64,000 nucleotides of DNA from Felis catus (GCF_018350175.1 NC_058368.1:138386001-138450000), one strand, 5' to 3'. Shown: positions 51,057-63,170, counted from the first letter of the stretch. Notes: generated from the sequence alone by a model not told the origin. A program made the numbers and translations.

Positions 51057-51344
51057 TATTATCAAAGTGATGAAGACAACATTAAAGTGAATGTCAAAAA
51101 GAAAATAAGTTTTACCGGCCTTGTATCAAACAACTGTCTACATTCCCTTCTAGGTTTCTACTGTCTGTATACTGTATATGCGTTTTTATGTAATGGTGGT
51201 CTTAGGAAACCCAGAAATATGTGTCCTGCATTTTTTTCTGTTGCTAGTTTTTTAAGGTAATGTTGCCTAATATTCCAGGTGGTACCCAGAGCACTGGCAA
51301 ACCACGTATCAGCAGTGGTTAAGCCCTCATGTTTGTGCTCAGAC

Positions 51345-51799
51345 TGTAAGTTTGTATTCCTTCCGTAACCACTCATCACAAAATCTGTGGCTTAAAACAA
51401 TGCATGTTCATTATCCTGTTCTGGAGGTCACATGACCTAAGGTCACGAGATTGGCAGGAGTGCATCCCTTCTGGAGGCTCTAGAAGGGAAAACCAACCTC
51501 CTGTGTCTTTTTCAGCTTCTAGAGGCCACCTGCATTCCTTGACTCATGGCCCCTCCCTCCATCTTCAAGGCCAGCAGTAATGGTCTTTAAATCTCTTTAT
51601 TCTTGGGTCACTGCTCCCCTCCCTGCTTTGTAAGGAACCTTGTGATTATATTGGGCCCACCTGGATGTCCAGGATACTCTCACCATTTAAAGGCCAGCTG
51701 GTTAGCAGCCCAAATATCCCTTTGACGCCTAACCTAACAGATGTACAGGCTCCAGGGATCAGGATACAAACATTTTGATAGGCTATTCTGCCTACTGCA
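51345..51799 (-). mobile_element. MaLR LTR (MLT1C/D-like)
   Basis: ggcttaaaacaa...ttctggaggctctag...cagcttctagaggccacctgcattccttg.ctcatggcccc...tattctgcctac. Confidence 0.85.
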
Positions 51800-53526
51800 G
51801 ACCCCAAAATTAGTTGGACTGTCCCTAAATTCCCCACCCCCCACCCTTTTTTTCTGGAAAAAAACCAAGAGGGCCATTTGGTGTCATTATCATTGCGTGT
51901 TGCTTGCCTGCCAGCAACGCGCTGAGCTCGCGGCTAAAGCCTATTTAGGAACAGTCTTGCTCAATGTGCTTAGATATGATTATTAACATTTTTAATTATT
52001 TAACATTTATTGAGCACCAACCATGCGCTAAGAACTCTTCAAAACATACAATTAGTCATGGTTGTTGCCTAAAGGGCCTACGATTTAAAATTAGACAAGT
52101 CTAAAATTAGACAGATGCGAGCATCTATAAATAGCAATGCTTTGCAAAAGATCTGCGTATCCCAGGCAAGTCAGATGTAGTGCTTCCTGGTATGTGTTCC
52201 CCAAACTCCTCTTTACTCTCCTAAGGCCTAGAAATGTACGCTCCACAGAAAATACACGTCGAAAGTTTAAGCAGACAGGAAGAAATAGCCTGTCAAGGCC
52301 ACTTACAAGCAGTTTTTGTACAGTTGGGAACAACAGACTTGCATTTTTACCTCCTGTCTTCTGACAAGTAAGGTCTTTTTGTGTCCTATGGTTAGTTAGT
52401 AGGGTTCAGCAATGCAAAGATATCTCCTCCTCCAGGCAGCAATTACATTTCATACTGTGCCTCTTTTAGGAGGATGCCACCGCCCTCTGATTGTACAACA
52501 TTGCCTTCATTTAAATCTAGTTCCATCACTGACCACTTGTGTGAGAGCTGGTATGTTTTTTAGCTCCCCCACCCCCCCCATAGCTTGATTTCCTCATTTG
52601 TAAACAGGCAATTTTGGCATCTACCTCCAAGAATTTCTACAAGCGTTTCATGAGAGATCCTAGGAAAAGTGCTTAGAAAAGCCAATCAGACCTATTAGTG
52701 TTCAATAAACAATGCTTTATTCTTGTTATTCATCCGATATATACCAATGGGGCAACTACTACGTGCCTAGTGCTGAGGCAGGTACGGTGGGGCAATTAAG
52801 ATAAAAACCTTGCCCTCCAGGAGCTCTCGGTAGAGCTGCAGAGATTTTGTAAAAGATAAGGAGAATTTGGAAAGACTAGGAAGATCTCAAAGTAGATAGT
52901 GACTGTGTGGAGGTGAGACTTCTAACAGACCCCACAGAGGACAAAAGTGTCACGCACAGATGGGAACAAATTGCCTACAGGATAGAGATGGGGTCTTAGG
53001 TAAATATAAGACCCAGGCACTGGGACCAGTAGGTCTGGTTCTTGGTAAGGAACCAGCGGCATGATTAACAATGGCATTTTTTTTTAATTGAGTGAAGTGG
53101 ACCAGCTATACCTAAACTGATTAATTTACGACGTCAAGGAGGGTGAAGGGAAATAACATTTTTCATCATGTCCCCAGTGCCTGGAAAAGCAGATCTAAAC
53201 TGTGCTTGAGGAAAAGCTATGCCCAGGCAGTCACTAAACCTGTTTTCTGGAAACTTTAAGGCAGCGTTATTGATAGGAATATAATTAGAGCCACATAAAC
53301 AATGTCAAATTTTCTACTGGCCACATCTAAAAAAAGGGAAAAGAGGCCGGTAAAATAAAACCTTTATATTTTATTGAAGTCCATACATTGAAAGGATCAT
53401 TTCATCGTGTAACGTAAAAATTATCAATGAGATATTTTACATTTGTTTTTGCAATCTAAGTTTTTGCAATCCAGTGTTGTACATTGTATACTCCTAGCAT
53501 ATCTTAGTTTATACTAGCTATATTTA

Positions 53527-53950
53527 AATTATTTTTAATGTTTATTTTTTTAATTTTTTTTCAACATTTATTTATTTTTGGGACAGAGAGAGACAGAGCA
53601 TGAACGGGGGAGGGGCAGAGAGAGAGGGAGACACAGAATCGGAAACAGGCTCCAGGCTCCGAGCCATCAGCCCAGAGCCCGACGCGGGGCTCGAACTCCC
53701 GGACCGCGAGATCGTGACCTGGCTGAAGTCGGATGCTTAACCAACTGCGCCACCCAGGAGCCCCATTAATGTTTATTTTTGAGAGAGCACAAGTGGGGGA
53801 AGTCAGAGAGGGAGACACAGAATCCGAAGCGGGCTCCAGGCTCTGAGCTGTCAGCGCAGAGTCCGACGCTGGGCTCAAACTCCTGAACTGTGAGATCATG
53901 ACCTGAGCCAAAGCTGGACCCTCAACAGACTGAGCCACCCAGGTGCCCCC
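53527..53950 (-). mobile_element. CanSINE (body 53766-53950) whose tail hosts a younger CanSINE
   Basis: TSD-like tagctatattt / tagctatgttt. Confidence 0.92.
53550..53764 (-). mobile_element. Young felid CanSINE
   Basis: TSD TTAATGTTTATTTTT at 53535-53549 and 53766-53780. Confidence 0.96.
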
Positions 53951-54719
53951 ATGTTAGCTATGTTTTAAGTGCCCAGTAGCCACTTACGACTACTGGTTAC
54001 CATACTGGACATTGCAGATCTGTAGGTTTTAGTGAGATTGGAGATTAAAAGAAAACTACATATGTAAATACTTTATCTCAAAAATAAACTGAAATAATTT
54101 GGGTAATTCTGTATGTCCTACACAGTTCTCTAATGGCAGAACATACTAAGATTGTTTCAGTAATCCCCTCTCGAAAAATTTTCCAGGAATAAAGGCAAAC
54201 ACAAATCCAGTGTGACGACTTCCTTGACGTGATGATTAATTAAGACATATGGGTGAGCATAAAGCAAGATTTCCTCCTATAATCAGTCTTCCACTGACCT
54301 TCATTAAGGACAAAGGGCATTTTAATGGATGAAGCCTTCACCTTTAATAAGCCTTTACTCTGTTATTTCCTATGGAATCGTTCATCAGATTAACAAAACA
54401 ATCTTAGCTAGCTAATGACAGAACGGTGGTCAGAACCCCAGGGGTAGCCTATGTCCCCACTAGAGCCTGAAGGCAAAATGTCACTTGGGCCACCTCCTCC
54501 AATCCAGTCAAGAATTCATTGACCTCTAATTGTATTCAGAGTTCAAGAGCTCAAGAGGTTACAGATGGGGGTGAGTGGATCCATGCTTTATACCATCATA
54601 TCAGCTTGGGAAAAGGATGTGTGAAAGCATAAACAGATTGATCTGGGCAAGAGTGAGGCATAGGTTTCTGCTTCTGAATGAGACTCCTGTTTATCATTGA
54701 CTCCTTTTAGCGGAGGTAT

Positions 54720-54870
54720 ATTGGTGTATTCGTATATATCTTTATTTTGGAACAATTTTAAATTGGCAGAAAAGTTGCAAAGGTGATATGACCAGGGTAC
54801 GTCTGTCAAAACCTAGGAAATCAATGTTGGTACATTGTTCCTAAGAAAACCCAAGATTTTACATTGACCT
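54720..54870 (-). mobile_element. L1MB/MC-like 3'-end fragment
   Basis: tttattttggaacaattttaaatt..cagaaaagttgcaaa...aggaaat.aa..ttggtaca. Confidence 0.55.
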
Positions 54871-55491
54871 AAAAAAAAAAAAATCTCAATTGTGTACAAC
54901 CCACAATATTAAGACACTTTTTGATCTTAATGAAAAAAAAAACGACTTCTGTCTTGGAGAGAAGAGGGATGGGGGAAGGATGCAAGGGGTAGAGTGATGA
55001 CATCAGCCCAGGATGGACACTGGGATGAACCTTTATCATTAAAGTCGTTTCAAAAAGCATATCTTTATGAAGACTTCCCCAACTTTCTGCCAATAGTTAG
55101 TGCTCACACTAGAGGACAGACCTCCGTAACACTTGGTGTTCTATTGCCTGGTGCTGATAGACACTCACATGTTAGCTTAAGAAAAGGGACCTGAATGTTC
55201 AAGGTGCAGTTTTTACAGCTTCCCCTACCTCGCTTCTTGCCACCCATCACTCTCTGCCAGCTAACGTGCTTTCCAAAAGCATCTCTGAAAGTCTAACGCA
55301 TGAAGAATGTACGTTGGGTCCTTCACCTTTTGAATTATTGGAAGGGAGATCTATATCTCGGAAGGGCTGTAGTTTAGGAATCATCATAGATAACACATCT
55401 TAACAAATCTAGGTAAAGTTACTCTTCCTCTAAAGTGAATTCAGGGGGAATTTGGTCTACTCAATTTACTAGTGACTTTATTAAAAAAAAA

Positions 55492-55643
55492 ATTTTAATG
55501 TTTGTTTTTATTTTTTGAGAGAAAGCAAGAGCGAGCACAAGAAGGGGAGGGACAGAGAGAAAGGGAGACACAGAATCTGAAGCAGGCTCCAGGCTCTGAG
55601 CTGTCAGCGCAGAGCCTGATGCAGGGCTTGAACCCATGAGCTG
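55492..55643 (-). mobile_element. CanSINE lacking its 5' head
   Basis: Reverse body ends at gggcttgaacccatgagctg. Confidence 0.88.
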
Positions 55644-56515
55644 CTCAATCGTGTTGTTGAATCAATGGACAAATAACTATTAAATGGATAGACTGGTTGA
55701 ATGAGTGAATAAATTAATAGAGGAGTAATTCCTAATCATTGTCCTTGAAGAGACTGCCCGCTGGAAAGAGGCATACAGAAACAGATGATTGTAATGCATG
55801 GTGGAATGAGGTAAATACCGTTTGAAGTGAGCCCACTCAATAGAACTAAACAAAAGCACTGCTGAGGTTTGGATGAGAATGGTACCTCCTGGGAAAATAA
55901 ACTAAGGGTAAGCAGTAATTGAAATTATCCAGGAAGTTGGGTAGGATGTCCGAGTCAGAGGTGGGAGGAGAAACAAGCGAGAGCATTCTAGCTGAGACAA
56001 CAGCGTGGACAAGCACTGCGAAGTGGGAAATCATGAACATTTGAAGACTGGTTTAGATAGCTTATGTGCGTTTGTAGATCAGTAAGGGAGAAGAAATGAG
56101 ATTCACACACTGGGTCCACTTTATGTGGATCCTTGAATGCCTGGGTTTGCTAATTTGGAAGTGGTAACACAGGTAAATCATGAGGAAAGGCTGGGTTGGC
56201 AGGGGGGCCATAAAGTAAAATTGTTTTAGCATGTCTTCCAAGTACATAATGGTTCTAAGGAAAAGATTGGATTTTACAGGAAAGAAAAAGGGATTTGTGT
56301 TAATATGATGCAAATTGTCTTTAGGTTCTGTGATGCCAAATCAGGATTTTCTTACGTTTGTAATATGAATCTGTGCTGTGATTAAATCACTGTATGTGTC
56401 CAGCCAATGAAATACAAAGAAAGCCATTAAAGCAACTTTGTTAAATAAACAATTAAAATAGCGGTTGTTTTTTAACTTAACGCTCTTTCTTTGTTACATT
56501 AAAAGTTACTTGATC

Positions 56516-56735
56516 GGGGCGCCTGGGTGGCGCAGTCCGTTAAGCGTCCGACTTCAGCCAGGTCAAGATCTCGTGGTCCGTGGGTTCGAGCCCCGCATCA
56601 GGCTCTGGGCTGGATGGCTCGGAGCCTGGAGCCTGTTTCCGATTCGTGTGTCTCCCCCTCTCTCTGCCCCTCCCCCGTTCATGCTCTGTCTCTGTCCCCA
56701 AAATAAATAAACGTTAAAAAAAAATTAATAAAAAA
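56516..56735 (+). mobile_element. Young felid CanSINE, variant sequence
   Basis: Perfect 15-bp TSD AAAAGTTACTTGATC at 56501-56515 and 56736-56750. Confidence 0.97.
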
Positions 56736-56809
56736 AAAAGTTACTTGATCAAGCTGACCTGAGGTTTCCGAACAGAAGCTGAATAATCAACTTCCTGTTA
56801 TGTTTTAAA

Positions 56810-57020
56810 ACGTATTTATTTTAGAGCGCTTGACCGCAAGGGAGGGGGAGAGAGGGAGAGGGAGAAAGAGCATGAACAGGGGAGGGGCAGAGAGAGAATC
56901 CCATGCAGGCTCCGCACCGTCAGCAGTGAGCCTGATACGGGGTCAAACTCAGGAACCAGGACCTCGTGCCCTGAGCCAAAATCAAGAGTCAGAGGCGTAA
57001 CCAGCTGAGCTCCCCCAGCG
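56810..57020 (-). mobile_element. CanSINE (older, diverged)
   Basis: ggggaggggcagagagagaatccc..gcaggctccgcac.gtcagc...ctgagccaaaatcaagagtc. Confidence 0.88.
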
Positions 57021-58587
57021 GCAGCATCTGGAGCGGGCCACGTATTGTTAGTTCTAGCAAAGACAAGGCCCCCGAGCAGCTCATGAATGCCCTTGATTAC
57101 AAAACTGGCCTTTACAGTGGACTGTTGATGCTTGTGTGAAAACCCTCTTGGGGAAAGAACACCCCGGATCACTTTGCTGAGTGGTGCCTGGCTATTCGCA
57201 TTTACAGGGCCTTCCGCTGTGCTTGCTGGGTGCCTTGGTGACTAACTCTGAGAGTGGTAAAGCCCCTCAGTTCCCAGCTCCAAGCTTGCTGGGTGTAAAG
57301 ATAGAGGCTATGGGCAGTAATTTCAGGGTGTGCTGTGTTTGCACATCTGCGGTGGCCTTCCGAATGGAGTTTCTGACCAGAGCCGGGCAGTGCCCCCCCG
57401 CCCCCACCCCCGCCCCGCCTTTATTTTTGCTGTCACACCATTAAAGGAAATGAGATTATGGCACAAATCATGATTCACGTGACTTCAGCATAGAAGGTTA
57501 GTGAGATATTGCAGAGATAATTCCATAGCCGCCGTGGCCCTTGATAATAATTGCGCTGTGACCACAGGGGATCACCTTCTAATAGGCTTTTGTTCAGTCA
57601 ATTCAGAGTCTGTTGTGTGCTCTGAGTTTGGATAATTAAAGTTGTGTCTCAGAAGCCACATGTGGTAGCTCATAATTACGTAGTCGACTCTGAGAGGAAA
57701 CTGAGGTGACTGACACCCGGGCTCGAGTGAACAACACGGGCCCTGGTGACCAGGAAGAAAGAAACCAGTCTCCTCATTTTGGGAACAGGGGGAAGGCGTT
57801 CACTCCGTAGCATCCGTTGCTTTATTTATTTTAAAAGGAAAATGAGTAATTACAGCCCTTCCCAGTGCAGTCCAGTCCCTAACCCTCCGGAGGGACTTGG
57901 CGTAACCCTTTCCTCTTGCCTCCAACAAAAGAATGGTAGCTGACCTGGGCAGCGAAGAAAAGATACATGGCTTATTGAAACACCATCATGGTTTAATTAT
58001 TTAATCGTTTGCATGTTGAGTGATTTGCATAAAAGCAGGAAAAGTCCCATGTTGGAATTTGGCCTGTATCTCCTCGTATTCCTCGCTGGAGAAAAGATCT
58101 CAAAATTTGGCCTGGCGTCCGCTCTTTAATTTCGGAGAAATGTGAACTTTGGAAAGCTTAGGTCTGTTATTGTAAGGACACAATAGTTGAAAGGAAAACA
58201 AATCCAAAGACCGTATCCCGTAGGGCCATGTTTCCCAAGTCAGCTTATGGCTGTCGAAGAAGCAAAGTAGCTGATTTCCCCCATACGGTTTGCCCTTGAA
58301 AAGGCATTCTTCGGAGCAGGATAGGCGGACTGCTTTGGTAAGTGGGTGCTTTTTCAACATGCTGAGACTGGGCCCCAGATTTTCTAGATCAAACATGGAA
58401 GAGACGACGACTTTATCATTCCGTTTAAAATTTGAAACGTTAGTACAGATCATCTTTTATCCTCAATCTTTCGGCTGTTTAGAGGATTCTGGGAATCTGC
58501 TTCTAAGGGGCTTTCGATCCCTGAGCCTGAGCAGTAGAATTCTGCTTTATTCTAATATAAGACATCTTTTCCTCCAAGTTTTGCCAG

Positions 58588-59112
58588 CGAAAGGGAGCAG
58601 ATTTGCTACCCCAAAATATGTTTCTTTGGCATAAAGATGATTGTGAGCTAAAGGCAATCAAAACCCAGCAGAAGCTTTTTACCTCCCCCTCAGCTGCCTA
58701 AATTTACATCGGAAAGGGGGCCTGTACCAGGAATAAAGCTATTACCAGAGCTCCCTTTTACCTAAACTAGTCATCTGCATAACAGGGCAACCTTTGTTTT
58801 CCAGACGTCTCCTCTGCCTTCCTGGGAGTGGCGTTTCCCCCCTTTTGTAGCCCCAGACCTCTGCCCCTTTTCTTAGCTTAGGATGTTCTAGAAGTCTCCA
58901 ACACCTGGCTGCTTTCTGAGTTTGCCTATCTTTACAGTGCTCCCATAGGTATGTAATTAAAGTTGCTTTTCTCCTCTGAGTTTTCCTATCTTTTTTTTTT
59001 TTTTTTTTTTTTAGCTTTTCTCCTGTTAATCTCTCTTACAGCAATTTAACTATTAGACTAGCCAAAGAACCTAGAGGGTAAGAAGGGAAAACTTTTTTTG
59101 TTATCCCCTATA
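58588..59112 (+). mobile_element. MER34-like ERV1 solo LTR
   Basis: gctaccccaaaatatg..tttggcataa.gat..ttgtgagct.aaggcaat start; agccaaagaacctagagggta..cccctata end; 4-bp TSD CCAG at 58584 and 59113. Confidence 0.85.
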
Positions 59113-59299
59113 CCAGGGACAGAGCAGACTGCTTCATTCAAACACGGTTGTCTCTTGGAACTAGAGCAAATTTATTCTTCACCCAAAGTGGAGACAACAA
59201 TCGATCTTCAACATGCTGCCCTTTCCTGAGGCTTTGCTTCATGAAAATGAAACCTATTTCGTACTGAGCACCATATGGTGTTTGTGAAGAGTGGACACA

Positions 59300-59660
59300 C
59301 AGATGCTTCCTAATTAAAGCATTAAAGTTTGTCATGAGAAATGGCAGCCACAGATGATGTTGGCTGAGCGCGTGTACGGGCGGGGGTCGGCGGGAAGGGA
59401 TCCCAGAGAGCGGGTGAAGTGCACACTCTCTGATTGGCCCTCAGGGAGCGGATAATGGCAAGAGGCAGTTAATTTGAAGATAATTGAGAGATCTCTTTCC
59501 TGTCTTCACACAATGAAACAAGGTAGCGGGCCTCAGCTGGCGCTTTGACTCTGGCTGGAAGAAAAGGGCCCAGAATGGGCTGTTAAAGCTGCCACCTCAT
59601 TTTCACCTTCTCACACAAAGCTGGGAAACCCCTTTTCCTGGCCTCCCCCCTCCCCCCCCC
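59300..59660. promoter_or_regulatory. Putative regulatory block (GC box plus reverse CCAAT, TAAT motifs)
   Basis: GGGCGGGG at 59378, CTGATTGGC at 59430, local CpG cluster, no recognisable repeat. Confidence 0.35.
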
Positions 59661-60071
59661 CCAACTCACCCCTCGGCTCCCGGCACGCACCCATAGTTAT
59701 TGTTTCAACACACTGGACCATAAGTAAGAATTTGCAGAGAGAGGGGTATGAGGGAACTGGGGATGGCCGATGCTTCTGGAAAACAAGGGCTGTGCCTCTA
59801 AAAACCCGAGCTCACAGACCAACCAGAGAAGGAGCACCCCCTTCGATGGCACGAACTGTTTTTCAAACCTTCTTCTTCTTTTTTTTTTTCTTTCTCCGCT
59901 TCCTTGGTTCTGTATACAAAACTGTGTCTAAACCACCGAAAAGCCCAAAACTACTGAGGGGCTTGCTCAGGTTAACTCCTCCACTTACCCGCACGTCTTG
60001 GAACAGAGGTCACACGGGCAAGGAATAGCCCGAAACCAGGCTCCACGATTCCCTTTGAAAGCTGCACTGAT

Positions 60072-60298
60072 GGGGCGCCTGGGTGGCGCAGTCGGTTAAG
60101 CGTCCGACTTCAGCCAGGTCACGATCTCGCGGTCCGGGAGTTCGAGCCCCGCGTCGGGCTCTGGGCTGATGGCTCGGAGCCTGGAGCCTGTTTCCGATTC
60201 CGTGTCTCCCTCTCTCTCTGCCCCTCCCCCGTTCATGCTCTGTCTCTCTCTGTCCCAAAAAATAAATAAATGTTGAAAAAAAAATTAAAAAAAAAAAA
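60072..60298 (+). mobile_element. Young felid CanSINE
   Basis: TSD GAAAGCTGCACTGA at 60057-60070 and 60299-60312. Confidence 0.97.
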
Positions 60299-60939
60299 GA
60301 AAGCTGCACTGAGAAGGGGGAGAAGTGGGTCATAACAAGATCCTTCCCTCTTTGCTGCCTACCTTCCCAGCTCCTTTTTATTCTCTCTTAGGGCAGCATA
60401 AATTCTAGGAAGTGCTTGGTCCAAGTAGGTGGAAAAATCCTGATTTCCTCTTTTAAACGCTCAAAAGTGAAAAGAGCCAGATTGACTACATTTATTCCTC
60501 ATCAGGAAAGCCCCAAAGAGAAAGATTTATGGTAGTGGGCACACAGGCTAAGAGTGGCAGGGGGCAATCTGAATGAGAAAGCCAGGCCGGTGAAGCTGGA
60601 TTCGTGCAGAATGGCTTGGGGGTCATGAAAGGTAGCCAAACAGCTGGGGTTGCCAGTCCGATTTCAAGGTTTTTTTTTTTTTCTTTTTGAAGTGAAAGAC
60701 GTTTTTCTCTGGTTTGGGGAAGCTGGAGCCACATATGTTTTTCTTCGCTGGGAGCAGCGAGATTGTGGTGATCTCCTCACCAGAGACCCATCTTCAAGTT
60801 TGTTCCTGGGGAACACCATAGAGGTGGAAATGGTGGTCTCGGTTGTCCTTTCTGAGTTGTGATTGTCGGGAAAAGGCAGAATGGAGGTCGATTGCTGGGA
60901 CCATAGAAGTAATAATGAAACTAAGATTACAAACTTCTG

Positions 60940-61640
60940 ACTAGCAAGTGAGACCACGAAGAACGCCAAGAGGTAATATGCAAACCTGCAGCCGACAAAC
61001 GTTTAGTATGGAGAATAGACAAAGAATTGATACAGGTATGAAATCAACAAAATTAAAACAACCCAATAGGAAAAACTTGGTACATGACAGAAATAGGTAC
61101 CTTATAAGACAAATGATGAATATAGACGGGACAAAATGCTCAATTTCATGAGGAGGCAGGAAATGGAAATTAAACCTAAACGACAACTTAATTTTTACCA
61201 GATTATCAAACTATCGAGAAATCTGACAATCTCGAGTGCTGATGTCAGTGTAGGTGAAGAGTTTGCTTATACACTCTGGAGCATTTGTGCTCTGGTACCA
61301 CAACACTGGATAATGATTTGTTTTCTGTTCCGGGACATAGCTCCTTGGTAATTTCCGGTGCATCTACAAGAACGGCCCTAGCACGCAATTTGTGAGAACA
61401 AAAACTATCCAAACAGTCCGAAAGGTCATCAGTAGGCAAATTTAAGAATAGAGAGTGACAGTGGAGGACTATACAGCAGTGAGAATAAGTGAATCAGAGG
61501 GAGCATATACATAATGCAGGATCTCCTAAATAATACTTAGTGAAAAAGGAAAAAACCCCGCATTTTACAAGGCCGCATACAATATGATGCCATTTTTCTA
61601 AAGCCTAAATCAAACAAATGAAAGAATGTATTATTGACAT
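60940..61640 (+). mobile_element. Old L1ME-like 3' fragments
   Basis: acaacccaatag.aaaa, aaaatgctcaatttca, tatacagcagtgagaat, atatgatgccattt. Confidence 0.65.
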
Positions 61641-61648
61641 ATAGTTGA

Positions 61649-61863
61649 GGGGCGCCTGGGTGGCTCAGTCAGTTAAGCGTCCGACTTCAGCTCAGGTCGT
61701 GATCTCACCGTCCATGAGTTCAAGCCCTGTGTCAGGCTCTGTGCCAACAGCTTGGAGCCTGGAGCCTGTTTCGGATTCTGTGTCTTTCTTTCTCTGTCCC
61801 TCTTCCGCATTCGTGCTCTGTCTCTCTCTCAAAAAATAAATACTTTAAACTGGAAAAAAAAAG
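61649..61863 (+). mobile_element. CanSINE
   Basis: TSD ATAGTTGA at 61641 and 61864. Confidence 0.95.
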
Positions 61864-61864
61864 A

Positions 61865-62360
61865 TAGTTGATTCTTTTTATTCTCAGCGGTTACGTTCTC
61901 TATAAAGTTGCAGTGAACTTAATTAGCAAATACTCAACCATTGCTCCTAAGGAAAATAAACATACACACATACCCACCCACACACTCCCACACACCCCAG
62001 ATAGATTATGATGTTAAATTCGAAAAACCACTCCCTCCTCTGGTAGATTGTATTTTCTTTATTATACAGAAGAGAAAATGAAGTTCAGATTGTTAAGTGA
62101 CTTGCCTGAGCCACCCCACGAAAAAGTAACCAGAGCTCAGATTTAAACCTGTTCAACTGATCCCAGAGCCTATGCTATTTGCAGTATGCTGCACTGTCTC
62201 TTTTCCATTCTCTGGTCGTCTCGTCTCTGTAGAAGCTGAAATAAGAAGGCACAGCGTTGTCTCAATTGACCTTGGGTGGGATTGTATTCATCGGGTGATT
62301 CAAATTCTCTGCTCTGTGTGTGTCTACAAATGACTGTAAAAACATTCATTTTGGTTGGCT
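61865..62360 (+). mobile_element. MER82-like Tigger-derived element containing a MIR-like segment
   Basis: agttgattc..tattc..gtta.gttc..tataaagt...aattagcaaatact.aaccattgctccta and agctgaaa.aagaaggca.agcgt match recalled MER82. Confidence 0.7.
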
Positions 62361-62449
62361 GTTGTGTCAAGGCTAGTGGACATGTCTAGTCATGTCTGAA
62401 ATTCAGTCATGAACACTTTATAGACAGAAGCCAATCTCCTTATAAGCAG

Positions 62450-62472
62450 GTGTGTGTGTGTGTGTGTGTGTG
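62450..62472. repeat. (GT)n microsatellite
   Basis: Visible run. Confidence 0.92.
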
Positions 62473-62559
62473 TATACAACAATATAAACATTGAATATCA
62501 CTGAGGCCTGTGATGTCCCTTGATCTAATTAACATTTAAAAATTTCATCTGTAATTTCC

Positions 62560-63170
62560 ACCATCTATTACATTTATGATGGGAAAAAGATACTAAGTAC
62601 AATGACCTGTATACTCTCAGAAGACTACAAGGCCCTTAATACATACAAACATGGGCTTTCCTTCTCTTTACTATGAAAAGAAAGTGTTGCAATTTTTATC
62701 TGTTTTTGAGAGGGTATTTTAAAACCACTTTCTAAGGATTAGATTTGATGGGAAAGGACAGTAGAGACATTAAATAACTAATATGCCTACAAATGGCAGG
62801 ATACTTTTCTGTAGATCAGCAATAATTAGTTACAAAGTAAAATGGAAAAATAATCCCACTCCCCATAATAGGAAAAGACCTAAAATGGTTAGAAATGCTT
62901 AACAAAAAATGTGAGACCTAGATGAATATGATAAAATTTTTTTGAGAGATAGAAAATCATATTTGAATATCCCAAGTCACATACTAGATGGTCGAATGGC
63001 AATATTGCCTAACATAAACATCTTCGTTCTTCACAAATTAACTTCTAGTTGAATGACAGTTATGATTCAAATCCTAGGGAGGCTTTGGGGAAGAAACTAA
63101 AGAGACTCTGTTAAGGTAACCTGCAGGCACAAAGAGTAAAGAATAGCTAAGAAAATGTCAAAGATCAGGA
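62560..63170 (+). mobile_element. Degraded L1 ORF2-region remnant
   Basis: A-rich L1-like text (aacaaaaaatgtgagacct, cacaaattaa, gaatagctaagaaaat). Confidence 0.55.

Larger units (their letters stand above)
53262..54017. mobile_element. MER33 hAT MITE interrupted by two CanSINEs
   Basis: cagcgtt..aatataat..gagccacat..aattttcta.tggccacat...aatgagatattttacatt...tagccac...catactggacattgcag. Confidence 0.8.
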
